A stretch of 64,000 bases of DNA from Macrostomum hystrix (taxonomy: Eukaryota; Animalia; Platyhelminthes). Shown piece after piece: positions 24,861 to 37,200 of this stretch; the first letter of the stretch is position 1, and each line of letters opens with the position of its first letter. Under the pieces are notes generated by a model. The model did not search any database, was not told the DNA's origin, and was given only the letters and a program-made list of their open reading frames with translations. Location: NCBI GenBank assembly GCA_950097015.1, contig CATNEN010000025.1, positions 1,116,001 to 1,180,000 of the forward strand. Direction: 5' to 3'. Made by a program: the position numbers and the translations under genes.

Positions 24861-25853
24861 AACAAGGGAGGGAAGCGGAGTTGAGGAATTAGGTGATGTG
24901 AGTAGGAATAAAGGATGACAAAAGAGGGGAAAAGGAATTAGCTCGTATGCTCAAGTGATGAGCACAGGTTGCAGTGTGCTCAAATGTATACTAGGCTCAA
25001 CCAGGCAGGTGTTAAATAAAACTAGAGGCAAAAAGAAATATAAAAAACTCTTAAATCAAGAAACTTCTTGACAGCTCGCAGCCAGCCCCCCTCGAGTACC
25101 CTGTCGCCAACCAAGCGTAAAGGGAACAAGAATAAAAAGCAATAGACAAGCCAGAGGTGCGGAATCAGGCCAGGGCAATGCAGGCAAAATAGTTACTTGA
25201 ACTGGCTCACTATAGCACAGTGCCAAAGTGTCTATGGCTGCAGTGGAAGAGCATTGCGAATAATAGCTGATAAACGAGGGGGCTGTGCTGCTAGAAGCAG
25301 AGCTATAGAGGCGGGTGGAGGGTGGACTTGAAGTGGATCGACTCAATTCAGACTCTCGAGAGAATTTTCTGAGAAGATAGACAGGGCTTGACCAGAATTG
25401 ACTACAGACAAAAGATGAGAGAAAGCAGAGAGAAAGGTGTGAAGACGTTTGGAGCGTTTCTGGGGTGGCTGCCGACTCTGGCGCCGCGCTGTCTGGCGGG
25501 GTGTCCACCGCGATTCGAAAAGCTTTTTTTCTCTCTTTCTTGCCCCCCTGTATTTGCCTCCCCTCGGAATTCAGAACACTTTTTATTTCTCAATTCTCAA
25601 TGGACAAGCGGCTGTGCAGTTTCAATAGCTCGAGTCTAAAGGGCCCTAGGCCTGCATCTGCTGTTAGTTTTAAAGCAATTTTTAATAAAGAAAACACTTT
25701 TTTGTCGCCTTTGTTTCTATCAAATACTATAGTTTGACCTCATCAAGTCATCGCGTGAATACAGCGAATTGAAAACCATTGTGACAGCAATTCAACTGCA
25801 GCATCCTATCAGAAATCAGCAGCTAAGCAGTTTTGCTGGTAAGTTCGCGTCAA

Positions 25854-28800
25854 CTAGCCTTCTGACACATCTCTACTAGACATTGACCCATCTCTACTAG
25901 ACATTGACCCATCTCTACTAGACATTGACCCATCTCTACTAGCCTTCTGACACATCTCTACTAGCCTTCTGACACATCTCTACTAGCCTTCTGACACATC
26001 TCTACTAGCCTTCTGACACATCTCTACTAGCCTTCTGACACATCTCTACTAGCCTTCTGACACATCTCTACTAGCCTTCTGACACATCTCTACTAGCCTT
26101 CTGACACATCTCTACTAGCCTTCTGACACATCTCTACTAGACATTGACCCATCTCTACTAGTCATTGACCCATCTCTACTAGCCATTGACCCATCTCTAC
26201 TAGTCATTGACCCATCTCTACTAGCCATTGACCCATCTCTACTAGTCATTGACCCATCTCTACTAGCCTTCTGACCCAACTCTACTAGCCTTCTGACCCA
26301 TCTCTACTAGCCATTGCCCCATCTCTACTAGCCATTGACCCATCTCTACTAGCCATTGACCCATCTCTACTAGCCTACTGACACATATCTACCAGCCATT
26401 GACCCATCTCTACTAGCCATTGACCCATCTCTACTAGCCATTGACCCATCTCTACTAGCCATTGACCCATCTCTAATAGCCATTGACCCATCTCTACTAG
26501 CCTTCTGACCCATCTCTACTAGCCATTGACCCATCTCTACTAGACATTGACCCATCTCTACTAGACATGACCCATCTCTACTAGCCATTGACCCATCTCT
26601 ACTAGCCATTGACCCATCTCTAATAGCCTTCTGACCCATCTCTACTAGCCATTGACCCATCTCTACTAGCCATTGACCCATCTCTACTAGCCATTGACCC
26701 ATATCTACTAGCCATTGACCCATCTCTACTAGCCTTCTGACACATCTCTACTAGCCATTGACCCATCTCTACTAGCCATTGACCCATCTCTACTAGCCTA
26801 CTGACACATATCTACCAGCCATTGACCCATCTCTACTAGCCATTGACCCATCTCTACTAGCCATTGACCCATCTCTACTAGCCATTGACCCATCTCTAAT
26901 AGCCATTGACCCATCTCTACTAGCCATTGACCCATCTCTACAAGCCATCGACCCATCTCTACTAGCCATTGACCCATCTCTACTAGCCATTGACCCATCT
27001 CTACTAGCCTTCTGACCCATCTCTACTAGCCATTGACCCATCTCTACTAGACATTGACCCATCTCTACTAGACATGACCCATCTCTACTAGCCATTGACC
27101 CATCTCTACTAGCCATTGACCCATCTCTAATAGCCTTCTGACCCATCTCTACTAGCCATTGACCCATCTCTACTAGCCATTGACCCATCTCTACTAGCCA
27201 TTGACCCATATCTACTAGCCATTGACCCATCTCTACTAGCCTTCTGACACATCTCTACTAGCCATTGACCCATCTCTACTAGCCATTGACCCATCTCTAC
27301 TAGCCATTGACACATCCCTACTAGCCTACTGACCCATCTCTACTAGCCATTGCCCCATTTCTACTAGACATTGACCCATCTCTACTAGCCTTCTGACCCA
27401 TCTCTACTAGCCTTCTGACACATCTCTACTAGACTTCTGACCCATCTCTACTAGCCATTGACCCATCTCTACTAGACATTGACCCATCTCTACTAGACAT
27501 TGACCCATCTCTACTAGCCATTGACCCATCTCTACTAGCCATTGACCCATCTCTACTAGCCATTGACCCATATCTACTAGCCATTGACCCATCTCTACTA
27601 GCCTTCTGACACATCTCTACTAGCCATTGACCCATCTCTACTAGCCATTGACCCATCTCTACTAGCCATTGACACATCCCTACTAGCCTACTGACCCATC
27701 TCTACTAGCCATTGACCCATCTCTACTAGCCATTGACCCATCTCTACTAGCCATTGACCCATCTCTACTAGCCATTGACACATCCCTACTAGCCTACTGA
27801 CCCATCTCTACTAGCCATTGACCCATCTCTACTAGCCATTGACCCATCTCTACTAGCCATTGACACATCCCTACTAGCCATTGACCCATCTCTACTAGCC
27901 ATTGACCCATCTCTACTAGCCATTGCCCCATCTCTACTAGACATTGACCCATCTCTACTAGCCATTGACCCATCTCTACTAGCCTTCTGACACATCTCTA
28001 CTAGTCATTGACCCATCTCTACTAGCCATTGAGACATCTCAACTAACAATTGACCCATCTCTACTAGCCACTGACCCATCTCTACTAGTCATTGACCCAT
28101 CTCTACTAGCCATTGACCTATCTCTTCTAGCCATTGACCCATCTCTACTAGCCTTCTGACACATCTCTACTAGTCATTGACCCATCTCTACTAGCCATTG
28201 AGACATCTCAACTAACAATTGACCCATCTCTACTAGCCACTGACCCATCTCTACTAGTCATTGACACATCCCTACTAGCCTACTGACCCATCTCTACTAG
28301 CCATTGCCCCATTTCTACTAGACATTGACCCATCTCTACTAGCCTTCTGACCCATCTCTACTAGCCTTCTGACACATCTCTACTAGCCTTCTGACCCATC
28401 TCTACTACCATCTAGACCCATCTCTACTAGACATTGACCCATCTCTACTAGACATTGACCCATCTCTACTAGCCATTGACCCATCTCTACTAGCCATTGA
28501 CCCATCTCTACTAGCCATTGACCCATATCTACTAGCCATTGACCCATCTCTACTAGCCTTCTGACACATCTCTACTAGCCATTGACCCATCTCTACTAGC
28601 CATTGACCCATCTCTACTAGCCATTGACACATCCCTACTAGCCTACTGACCCATCTCTACTAGCCATTGCCCCATCTCTACTAGCCATTGACCCATCTCT
28701 ACTAGCCATTGACCCATCTCTACTAGCCTTCTGACACATCTCTACTAGTCATTGACCCATCTCTACTAGCCATTGACCCATCTCTACTAGTCATTGACCC

Positions 28801-29142
28801 ATCTCTACTAGCCTTCTGACCCAACTCTACTAGCCTTCTGACCCATCTCTACTAGCCATTGACCCATCTCTACTAGCCTTCTGACACATCTCTACTAGTC
28901 ATTGACCCATCTCTACTAGCCATTGAGACATCTCAACTAACAATTGACCCATCTCTACTAACCACTGACCCATCTCTACTAGTCATTGACCCATCTCTAC
29001 TAGCCATTGACCCATCTCTTCTAGCCATTGACCCATCTCTACTAGCCATTGACCCATCTCTACTAGCCATTGACCCATCTCTACTAGCCATTGACCCATC
29101 TCTACTAGCCTACTGACCCGTCTCTACTAGCTTTCTGACCCA
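25854..29142. repeat. 21/22-bp minisatellite (3.3 kb) with higher-order blocks
   Basis: Units CCATTGACCCATCTCTACTAG (21 bp) and CCTTCTGACACATCTCTACTAG (22 bp); marker CCTACTGACACATATCTACC at 26374 and 26797. Confidence 0.97.
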
Positions 29143-30324
29143 TCACTCCAAACTTGTTTTCGCTTATAAAGTGCAAATCTACGAGTAATCAAAAGGAGAC
29201 AACAATTTTACTCCGTTGCTAAGCAACTGCGTGTATGAACACCTGGACAACAAATTTGGTTCCTGTCAAAAATGTTAGGCACAAATCTGACGACTGGAAT
29301 TGAAACTAGCACGCACAGAGGCGCGTTGCTGTGAGGGCCAAGGCTCCTGTATTTTAGTTAAATATAAAACTATTTAGTCTATTTGCTACAAATTACTTTG
29401 AACGGTTGCCCTGCGCAAACAAACAGCAATTGTCGTCGAATTCGATTCCAGACGTTATAGTCGAAGCAGGATTGTTTGAGCAGTGCTCAAGTGAAGCGCC
29501 AGTTTTATAGCCGCTGCCGATAGCTTCGTGATTAGGCATGCATTTTTTCTAAACTCAACAAGTTGCTCCCCCTCAAAGTCCTGGCAGCGTGCCGCTCCAT
29601 CCGCCACTGCTCAACTAGCTGAGAGTTCGCAATTCTTGCACACCTCGGGCTGGCTATTGCGCAAGGCCCAATGTCCATGCAACAACTGTATCGGATCGTG
29701 CCACTCATGCAGCAATTTAAAGGGCCCGTTGCTGTTGTTATTGTCTAATCATTATTGGCTTTCTCGCTATAACTCTGTCTCCCTGTCAAATGAGCGGCAT
29801 CGTGGAAGCTTTTCAAAGCAAACAATGTTTAGGAACAATTCAAATATTCCTCCTACACTGAGTGGCGAATGATGTTGCATACAGCAATTACGGAAGCCTT
29901 CGCATACAAAGCAGAGAAGTTTACCAATTGTGCACATGGCTACATAGAAACACACGGCTAAACGTGGCAATTTCTGACATAGAAAATATCCGCCTACTCA
30001 GAGGCCAACTCAAACTGCTAATCTCAATTAGAAATTTCCTAATAGAAATTTAATTAGACATATAATTAGAATGCGAAAAAATCTGATTTGTTGTATTTAG
30101 ATTTAAAACCTTAGACTTGTTTGAACCTTTCGATGTGTTGCACAATCCTTAGTAATGAATAGTGTTCAAATGTTCTACTCATATAAGTAGAATGTGAAGC
30201 GTCTATGCGTGGCGACAATCGAACCAGAAAGATCCTAAATGGGGAAAGATTATCGAAAAAGGAAACAGACAGGCAAGAAAGGAGAATGACAGGCGATATA
30301 AAAATACATGAAAGAGAGTAGGAA

Positions 30325-30882
30325 GACCTGTGGGGAGAGAGATAGGGCGAGAGGGGAGAGAGACAGCCGAGAGGGGAGAGAGATAAGGCGAGAGGGGAGA
30401 GAGATAGGGCGAGAGGGGAGAGAGACAGGCGAGAGGGGAGAGAGATAGGGCGAGAGGGGAGAGAGACAGGCGAAAGGGGAGAGAGACAGGCGAGAGGGGA
30501 GAAAGACAGGTGAGAAAGGAGAGAAGAGAGAAAAACAGGCGAGAGGGGAGAAAGACAGGCGAGAGGGTAAAAAGACAGGTGAGAAAGGAGAGAAAGACAG
30601 GCGAGAGGGGAGAAAGACAGGTGTGAGGGTAGAAAGACAGGCGAGAAAGGAGAGAGAGACAGGCGAGAGGGGAGAAAGACAGGTGTGAGGGTAGAAAGAC
30701 AGGCGAGAAAGGAGAGAGAGACAGGCGAGAGGGGAGAAAGACAGGTGTGAGGGTAGAAAGACAGGCGAGAAAGGAGAGAGAGACAGGCGAGAGGGGAGAA
30801 AGACAGGTGTGAGGGTAGAAAGACAGGCGAGAAAGGAGAGAGAGACAGGCGAGATGAGAGAAAGACAGGCGAGAGGCGAGAA
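30325..30882. repeat. 20-22-bp purine-rich minisatellite (62-bp trimer in distal part)
   Basis: Unit GGCGAGAGGGGAGAGAGA(C/T)A(G); trimer starts at 30661 and 30723. Confidence 0.92.
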
Positions 30883-31489
30883 AAATCTAGCTCGTATTTT
30901 TGAGTCCACACTGCCTCCAGGCTGCACTGCACACGCAAGGCAGTTTTGTTCAGCTCTTCGACTTGCAAATCTTCCTTGGTGGGATGAGGCGCGTGCCAAG
31001 CAGTGAATTGAGCTAATTTCAAGTTCGCAAATGTATTATGTCTCAAAATGTAGAAAATACACAGCCTTCTCGCTTATATATAAGATAATAATATATCGAT
31101 TATGTCCTAACTATATAGACCGTTGTCACTTAGGTGGAGCGGCTGTTTGACTGTAAAAGACTTTCGATTTAAAGACCCATTCTTTGAGTCCTTTGTGCAT
31201 AGATGGAACTCGGAAGTAAAAAAATATGATTTCATAAATTATTAATCGGCATGCCATCTCCATGGGAGTAAAAGGCAAAAGCATTCAAGCATTGGGGACT
31301 CTAGCTTAATAATGGGAGGCCGCTGACTGTCTTGCATCCATGTTTGTTGCTAATTAGACACAGCCAGGTGACTTTTGGCGGAATTCGGCATGCATAAATG
31401 AGAAATCAGAACTAAAATATTCTATAGTTCTAAGCTGCAACTCTGGTTCTTTCACTCTCACTCTACTTCTCTACTTCTCTATATTTTCA

Positions 31490-33085
31490 CTCTTCTCCTC
31501 TCCATGACACTCTACTTCTCTCCATGTCACCCTACTGCTCTCCGTGTCACCCTACTTCTCTCCGTGTCACCCTACTTCTCTCCGTGTCACCCTACTTCTC
31601 TCCGTGTCACCCTACTGCTCTCCGTGTCACCCTACTTCTCTCCGTGTCACCCTACTGCTCTCCGTGTCACCCTACTTCTCTCCGTGTCACCCTACTTCTC
31701 TCCGTGTCACCCTACTTCTCTCCGTGTCACCCTACTGCTCTCCGTGTCACCCTACTTCTCTCCGTGTCACCCTACTGCTTTCCATGTCACCTTACTTAAC
31801 TCCATGTCACCCTACTGCTCTCCGTGTCACCCTACTTCTCTCCGTGTCACCCTACTTCTCTCCGTGTCACCCTACTGCTCTCCGTGTCACCCTACTTCTC
31901 TCCGTGTCACCCTACTGCTTTCCATGTCACCTTACTTCTCTCCATGTCACCCTACTGCTCTCCGTGTCACCCTACTTCTCTCCGTGTCACCCTACTTCTC
32001 TCCGTGTCACCCTACTGCTCTCCGTGTCACCCTACTTCTCTCCGTGTCACCCTACTGCTCTCCGTGTCACCCTACTTCTCTCCGTGTCACCCTACTGCTC
32101 TCCGTGTCACCCTACTGCTCTCCGTGTCACCTTACTTCTCTCCGTGTCACCCTACTGCTCTCCGTGTCACCCTACTGCTTTCCATGTCACCTTACTTCTC
32201 TCCATGTCACCCTACTGCTCTCCGTGTCACCCTACTTCTCTCCGTGTCACCCTACTGCTCTCCGTGTCACCCTACTTCTCTCCGTGTCACCCTACTGCTC
32301 TCCGTGTCACCCTACTTCTCTCCGTGTCACCCTACTGCTCTCCGTGTCACCCTACTTCTCTCCGTGTCACCCTACTTCTCTCCGTGTCACCCTACTGCTC
32401 TCCGTGTCACCCTACTGCTCTCCGTGTCACCTTACTTCTCTCCGTGTCACCCTACTGCTCTCCGTGTCACCCTACTGCTTTCCATGTCACCTTACTTCTC
32501 TCCATGTCACCCTACTGCTCTCCGTGTCACCCTACTTCTCTCCGTGTCACCCTACTTCTCTCCGTGTCATACTGCTCTCGGTGCCACTCTACCTCTCCAT
32601 TTCACTCTACTTCTCTCCATTTCACTCTGCTTCTCTCCATTTCACTCTGCTTCTCTCCATTTCACTCTGCTTCTCTCCATTTCACTCTGCTTCTCTCCAT
32701 TTCACTCTACTTCTCTCCATTTCACTCTGCTTCTCTCCATTTCACTCTGCTTCTCTCCATTTCACTCTGCTTCTCTCCATTTCACTCTACTTCTCTCCAT
32801 TTCACTCTGCTTCTCTCCATTTCACTCTGCTTCTCTCCATTTCACTCTACTTCTCTCCATATCACTCTACTTCTCTCCACGTCACTCTACTTCTCTCCAC
32901 GTCACTCTACTTCTCTCCACGTCACTCTACTTCTCTCCACGTCACTCTACTTCTCTCCATATCACTCTACTTCTCTCCTCGAAACTCTGCTTCTCTCGTC
33001 GCCACTCTACTTCTCTCCACGTCACCCTACTGCTCTTCATATCACTCAAAGTTTCACCATAACTCTACATATCTCGCTCTCACTC
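31490..33085. repeat. 20-bp pyrimidine-rich minisatellite in two graded subfamilies
   Basis: TCCGTGTCACCCTACTTCTC (to ~32570), then TCCATTTCACTCTGCTTCTC and TCCACGTCACTCTACTTCTC. Confidence 0.96.
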
Positions 33086-33199
33086 TACTTCTCGTAGTTG
33101 TCTCAGTATCAAGTACAATTTCTAAACAGTATTCCCATACAGTATTGAATTAATTTAGATTCCAGCTGAACATGGGCTTGGCTAGTGGCAGATTAAACA

Positions 33200-33943
33200 G
33201 CTAGAAAATGCTAGAACTGAAAAGCCTCCCCCGCCCCTCGGCCAGCTCATGGGCGGTCCCGCTCTCATTGGCTGAGCGGAGGATCTTTTGGGAGGGGATT
33301 CTAGTTTTTCCGGGCCTGCGAGCTGCTCTGCCCGCGCCAGTTAACGCCCCAGCGGCTTACACAACCGGCGACCTCTTCGATCCCCACTCGAAAATCCTCA
33401 ACCTACTGGGGGGGGCGGGAGGTGGGGGCTACTGGGTTTGGGAGGAAGAGCGAATCGTGCCTGAATCCCAGATCCCAGATTCGCCGGAGCGGGCATCGAG
33501 GATCTTCCCCTTGGTCCGCCGAGCCGCGGCCGCGCTCCCCTCCTCCGACTCCCACCGCGCGAACGCACACCCCACTCCGCCATTCAAACCCTCCCGCGTA
33601 ACTAACAAATCCCCATCCGACACTGCCTCGTCTCCGTTCAGCGCCTAAGACTCGTCGGTCCGAGATTTTTTGCTCAAACAGCAAACTCCTGTACGTGCCG
33701 CTGGCCACGAAACCTGGGAGGCAAGGCTTATAGAACAGGACAAGCTGTCTGCATCCCCTCAATCGGCCTCCCTAAACCTCTCCGCTCCTGTTGGCCACTC
33801 TGCCGTTTCGTGACCTCGCACTAGAATCGGCCATTTCACCCCTCCCGTCTCTGCCCTCCGCCTCCGAGGTCCTGCTGCCGACTAAAACGACGCTCGCCGC
33901 AAGTCCGTGCCGAGCATCTCCATAAAGTTTAGTAAAGAGCCAA
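33200..33943 (+). promoter_or_regulatory. GC/CpG-rich putative sim promoter and 5' UTR exon
   Basis: GC box CCCCGCCCC (~33229), inverted CCAAT (ATTGG, ~33267), high CpG density; donor AA|GTAAGT at 33944 and acceptor CACCTGCAG at 34225 define a plausible 5' UTR intron. Confidence 0.55.
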
Positions 33944-34286
33944 GTAAGTAAAGTGTTAAAGTTAAACTACAGCGCTCACACTGCACTCCGTTCTTCTTCA
34001 ATTCCGCTGGGCGCACGTGCGTGAGCGATTTAGTATGTGACAAAATCGGGGTGCCCAGCTACCAGTCAGCTCACACCGCCTGTTATATAGGCCATGCAAA
34101 CCGAGGGACTTCCATTAAACAACACTGATTATTTTCCACTGCATCAAATGCATATCCGCCTATTGCTAGAATTATTTCATGCCTCTAATTATTTTTCCGC
34201 AATCATTTGTGGCCCGCACCTGCAGGATTTACAAATCTGCGCTGCAACAGACGCCAGTGAAATCCGCCTTCCCGACAATCGACGGA

Positions 34287-37200
34287 ATGAAGGAGAAGTC
34301 GAAGAACGCCGCTCGCACACGTCGAGAAAAGGAGAACGCCGAGTTTCTTGAGCTGGCCAAACTGCTGCCCCTGCCCGCTGCCATCACCTCTCAGCTGGAC
34401 AAGGCCAGCATCATTCGCCTCACCACCTCATACCTCAAGATGCGACAGGTGTTTCCTTCAGGTAAGTCTGACACAACTCTGAATTTTCTGCAACACTTTT
34501 TTCCTTAGTCTTCCAGAATTGCTGGAATCTTCCGCTGCCCCTCACTGCTGTTGCTGGAATCTTCCGCTGCCCCTCACTGCTGTTGCTGGAATCTTCCGCT
34601 CCCCCTCACTGCAGTTGCTGGAATCTTCCGCTCCCCCCTCACTGCAGTTGCTGGAATCTTCCGCTCCCCCCTCACTGCAGTTGCTGGAATCTTCCGCTCC
34701 TCCCCTCACTGCTGTTGCTGGAATCTTCCGCTCCTCCCCTCACTGCTGTTGCTGGAATCTTCCGCTCCCCCTCACTGCAGTTGCTGGAATCTTCCGCTCC
34801 CCCTCACTGCAGTTGCTGGAATCTTCCGCTCCTCCCCTCACTGCAGTTGCTGGGCTTTTCCGCTCCCCCTCACTGCAGTCGCTGGAATCTTCCGCTCCTA
34901 GTCGCATAAGCAGATTTTCACAGCTAATTTATGATAATTCACAACTATGTCTGTAAGCCATATTATAAGTGGCTAGTATTAAACACAGCGGAAAGTGCAG
35001 CTTGGAGACACTGCATGTGATGTCACGCTGGGGCAATTGGATGGCAACGCTAATTACTGAACCAAAGCAGCAATTACGAAGGGTCTCAGTATCTTGAGTA
35101 TAGTATTATACCATATACATGCTCACCTGCATCAACTACATATTTTAAATATGATAATTATCATAATTATACACCTTTAGTTAGCCATTAGGGGAGACTT
35201 GTGAGGCTGAACTTAATAAAATATTCCCTATATATAAGACACAGACGAAATATCCCAGCATTCATATCCCGAATCTCACCCAATAGACGTTGCCCCGGAT
35301 ACAAAAACACGCCCTTAACATCAGGAATTATGATTTGGGAGCCGAGACTTATGAAGACATCTTCACAGATCCGGAATAATTACAGTCAAGTTTGCTCAAT
35401 GAATAGCCGAAAAATCTGGTCGGTCGGTTCGTGCCGCTAACAATTGCTGAGATTTCCCCCCAATATATCTCTCTGTCTCTCTGTCTCTGGCTGGCACACG
35501 AACCAAACCAGCAGGGGGTGATAGTTGACTTTTCAGATTCTTAAAATACTGCTATATATGCATATTAAGGAAGGACCAGTTGGTAGAGACGCAACTATTA
35601 TTTAGTCCTTGAATTAATCATTTTCCCAGCGGGATCTCAGAATACGGCGATTAATCATGGTCGAACTAGGTGAGGCCATAGACAAGGTGACTTTGAGTTT
35701 AGAGACGGCCTGCAGCAGGCACTGCTCTTGTCCATGTAACAATTAGCTTCGTTTAACAGGAACGCGAGTATAATTGAGACGTAGGTCTCGCTAGCTTTGA
35801 TATGAGTATTATAACTTTATGTATTATTTGTAATTGTTTAATCACTGGACCCAGCTCACAGTTATATAAAACTTGTTCAGCATCACTTGACTCGCATCGA
35901 GCATAAGAGCTGCTCGACAAAGCTAGCTAGGATTTTTTCGGGAAATAATTAACGCGAGGAAATCTTTAATTGGCAACTGATCGGTGAGGAGACACTCTGA
36001 GTTCTCAATATACAAGTTACATATAGGATCTAGTTGGATTTCTTCAGTGGGAATCTAGCTTTTTAGATAGAGAAGCATTTTCAGGAAAAATCACGTTCCG
36101 GTTGCTGCTACTGCTGCTGCTGCTACTGTCTCATCTCTAGGCAATGTGCTCAGACAATTTTCGCATTCTTCTTTTTCTTTGCATTTTGGGCATGCGAACA
36201 ACAAATGAATTGGGAGATTTAGTAAAAAATTTCTATTGGAAACCAAAACTTCATTCAAGATGGATTGAAGTTTTTTTTAGTAAAAAAGCAAGCCTCGATC
36301 TTTTTGTGAACTATTAACAAAGATGAAAGACTGCTCATCTGCACGTGTCCCTATATATTCCTTAACAATAGTAGATGCAGTTTTATCTATAAACAACTCA
36401 ATTATAGTGCCCTCCCCGCTGTGAACTTGAGTCGTTTTCAATCATCTCTGATTCGCCTGCCACTTTATCTAATAGTAAACAATAGAATTAACGACAGCTC
36501 AATTGTCACCTGCCTGTCCCCGTTTACAAAAGATTTGCATCTGGGCTTTTCAAACTCCAAGAATTGTTCATTTCCTCAATGCCTAACTATATGATTTGCT
36601 AACAGCAGAATGTCCAACAAAATAGGTCTTTAAGATCGATTTCTCAAATCAGATTTTACTATAGTTGGGGCAGAGATGGTCAAACCAGATAAAAGATTGA
36701 AAATTTTTCCTTGACTGGGTTATTAGTAGAATTGCAATGTGTACTCAAATTCATAAGCTCAAAGTGGCTTATGAAACAACACGACCAATTCTCATCCATC
36801 AAAAAACTGATTTCTAGTATAGTGGGCGCCATATTACACAAGACAGTTGAAAGTGTTTAGAAATCACCCGTGTCACTTCTTAGGCTGGAGATTTTCATTT
36901 TTAATAATCAGATATAGGATAAAAACTGAGGGCTATTGTGCCGATGATTGAATTAATTTTGACCAACTAATATGTCACAATATACGTTGGTGGGTAAAGT
37001 GGAGGTTAGTTGGCCGTGAACAAGCATTGTCCGTTTGAATTAAATTTCAAGAAAACCATGCGAAGAGAAATATGCTTCACACTTGGCTTCTTCCGTCAGA
37101 CAGCAGTAAGGGCGCCACAGCAGGGGGGGAGAGACACTGCTTTAGGCTCCTGATTTTCTGCTCAATATATTGCCGATCATCCGATCATCAAAGATGGGCT

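Noticed and set aside
23467-30999. Repeat ORFs in the 11-bp, 21-bp and purine-rich arrays (SVKSVSNQCQI, ASRDGSM, RERIRKG, LSPLSP)
   Set aside because: Simple consequences of tandem repeats; frames shift with 21/22-bp unit mixing.
31504-33153. 400-550-aa ORFs (SPYFSPCHPT...) in all three + frames
   Set aside because: A 20-bp unit lacking stop triplets opens every frame; no coding bias or homology.
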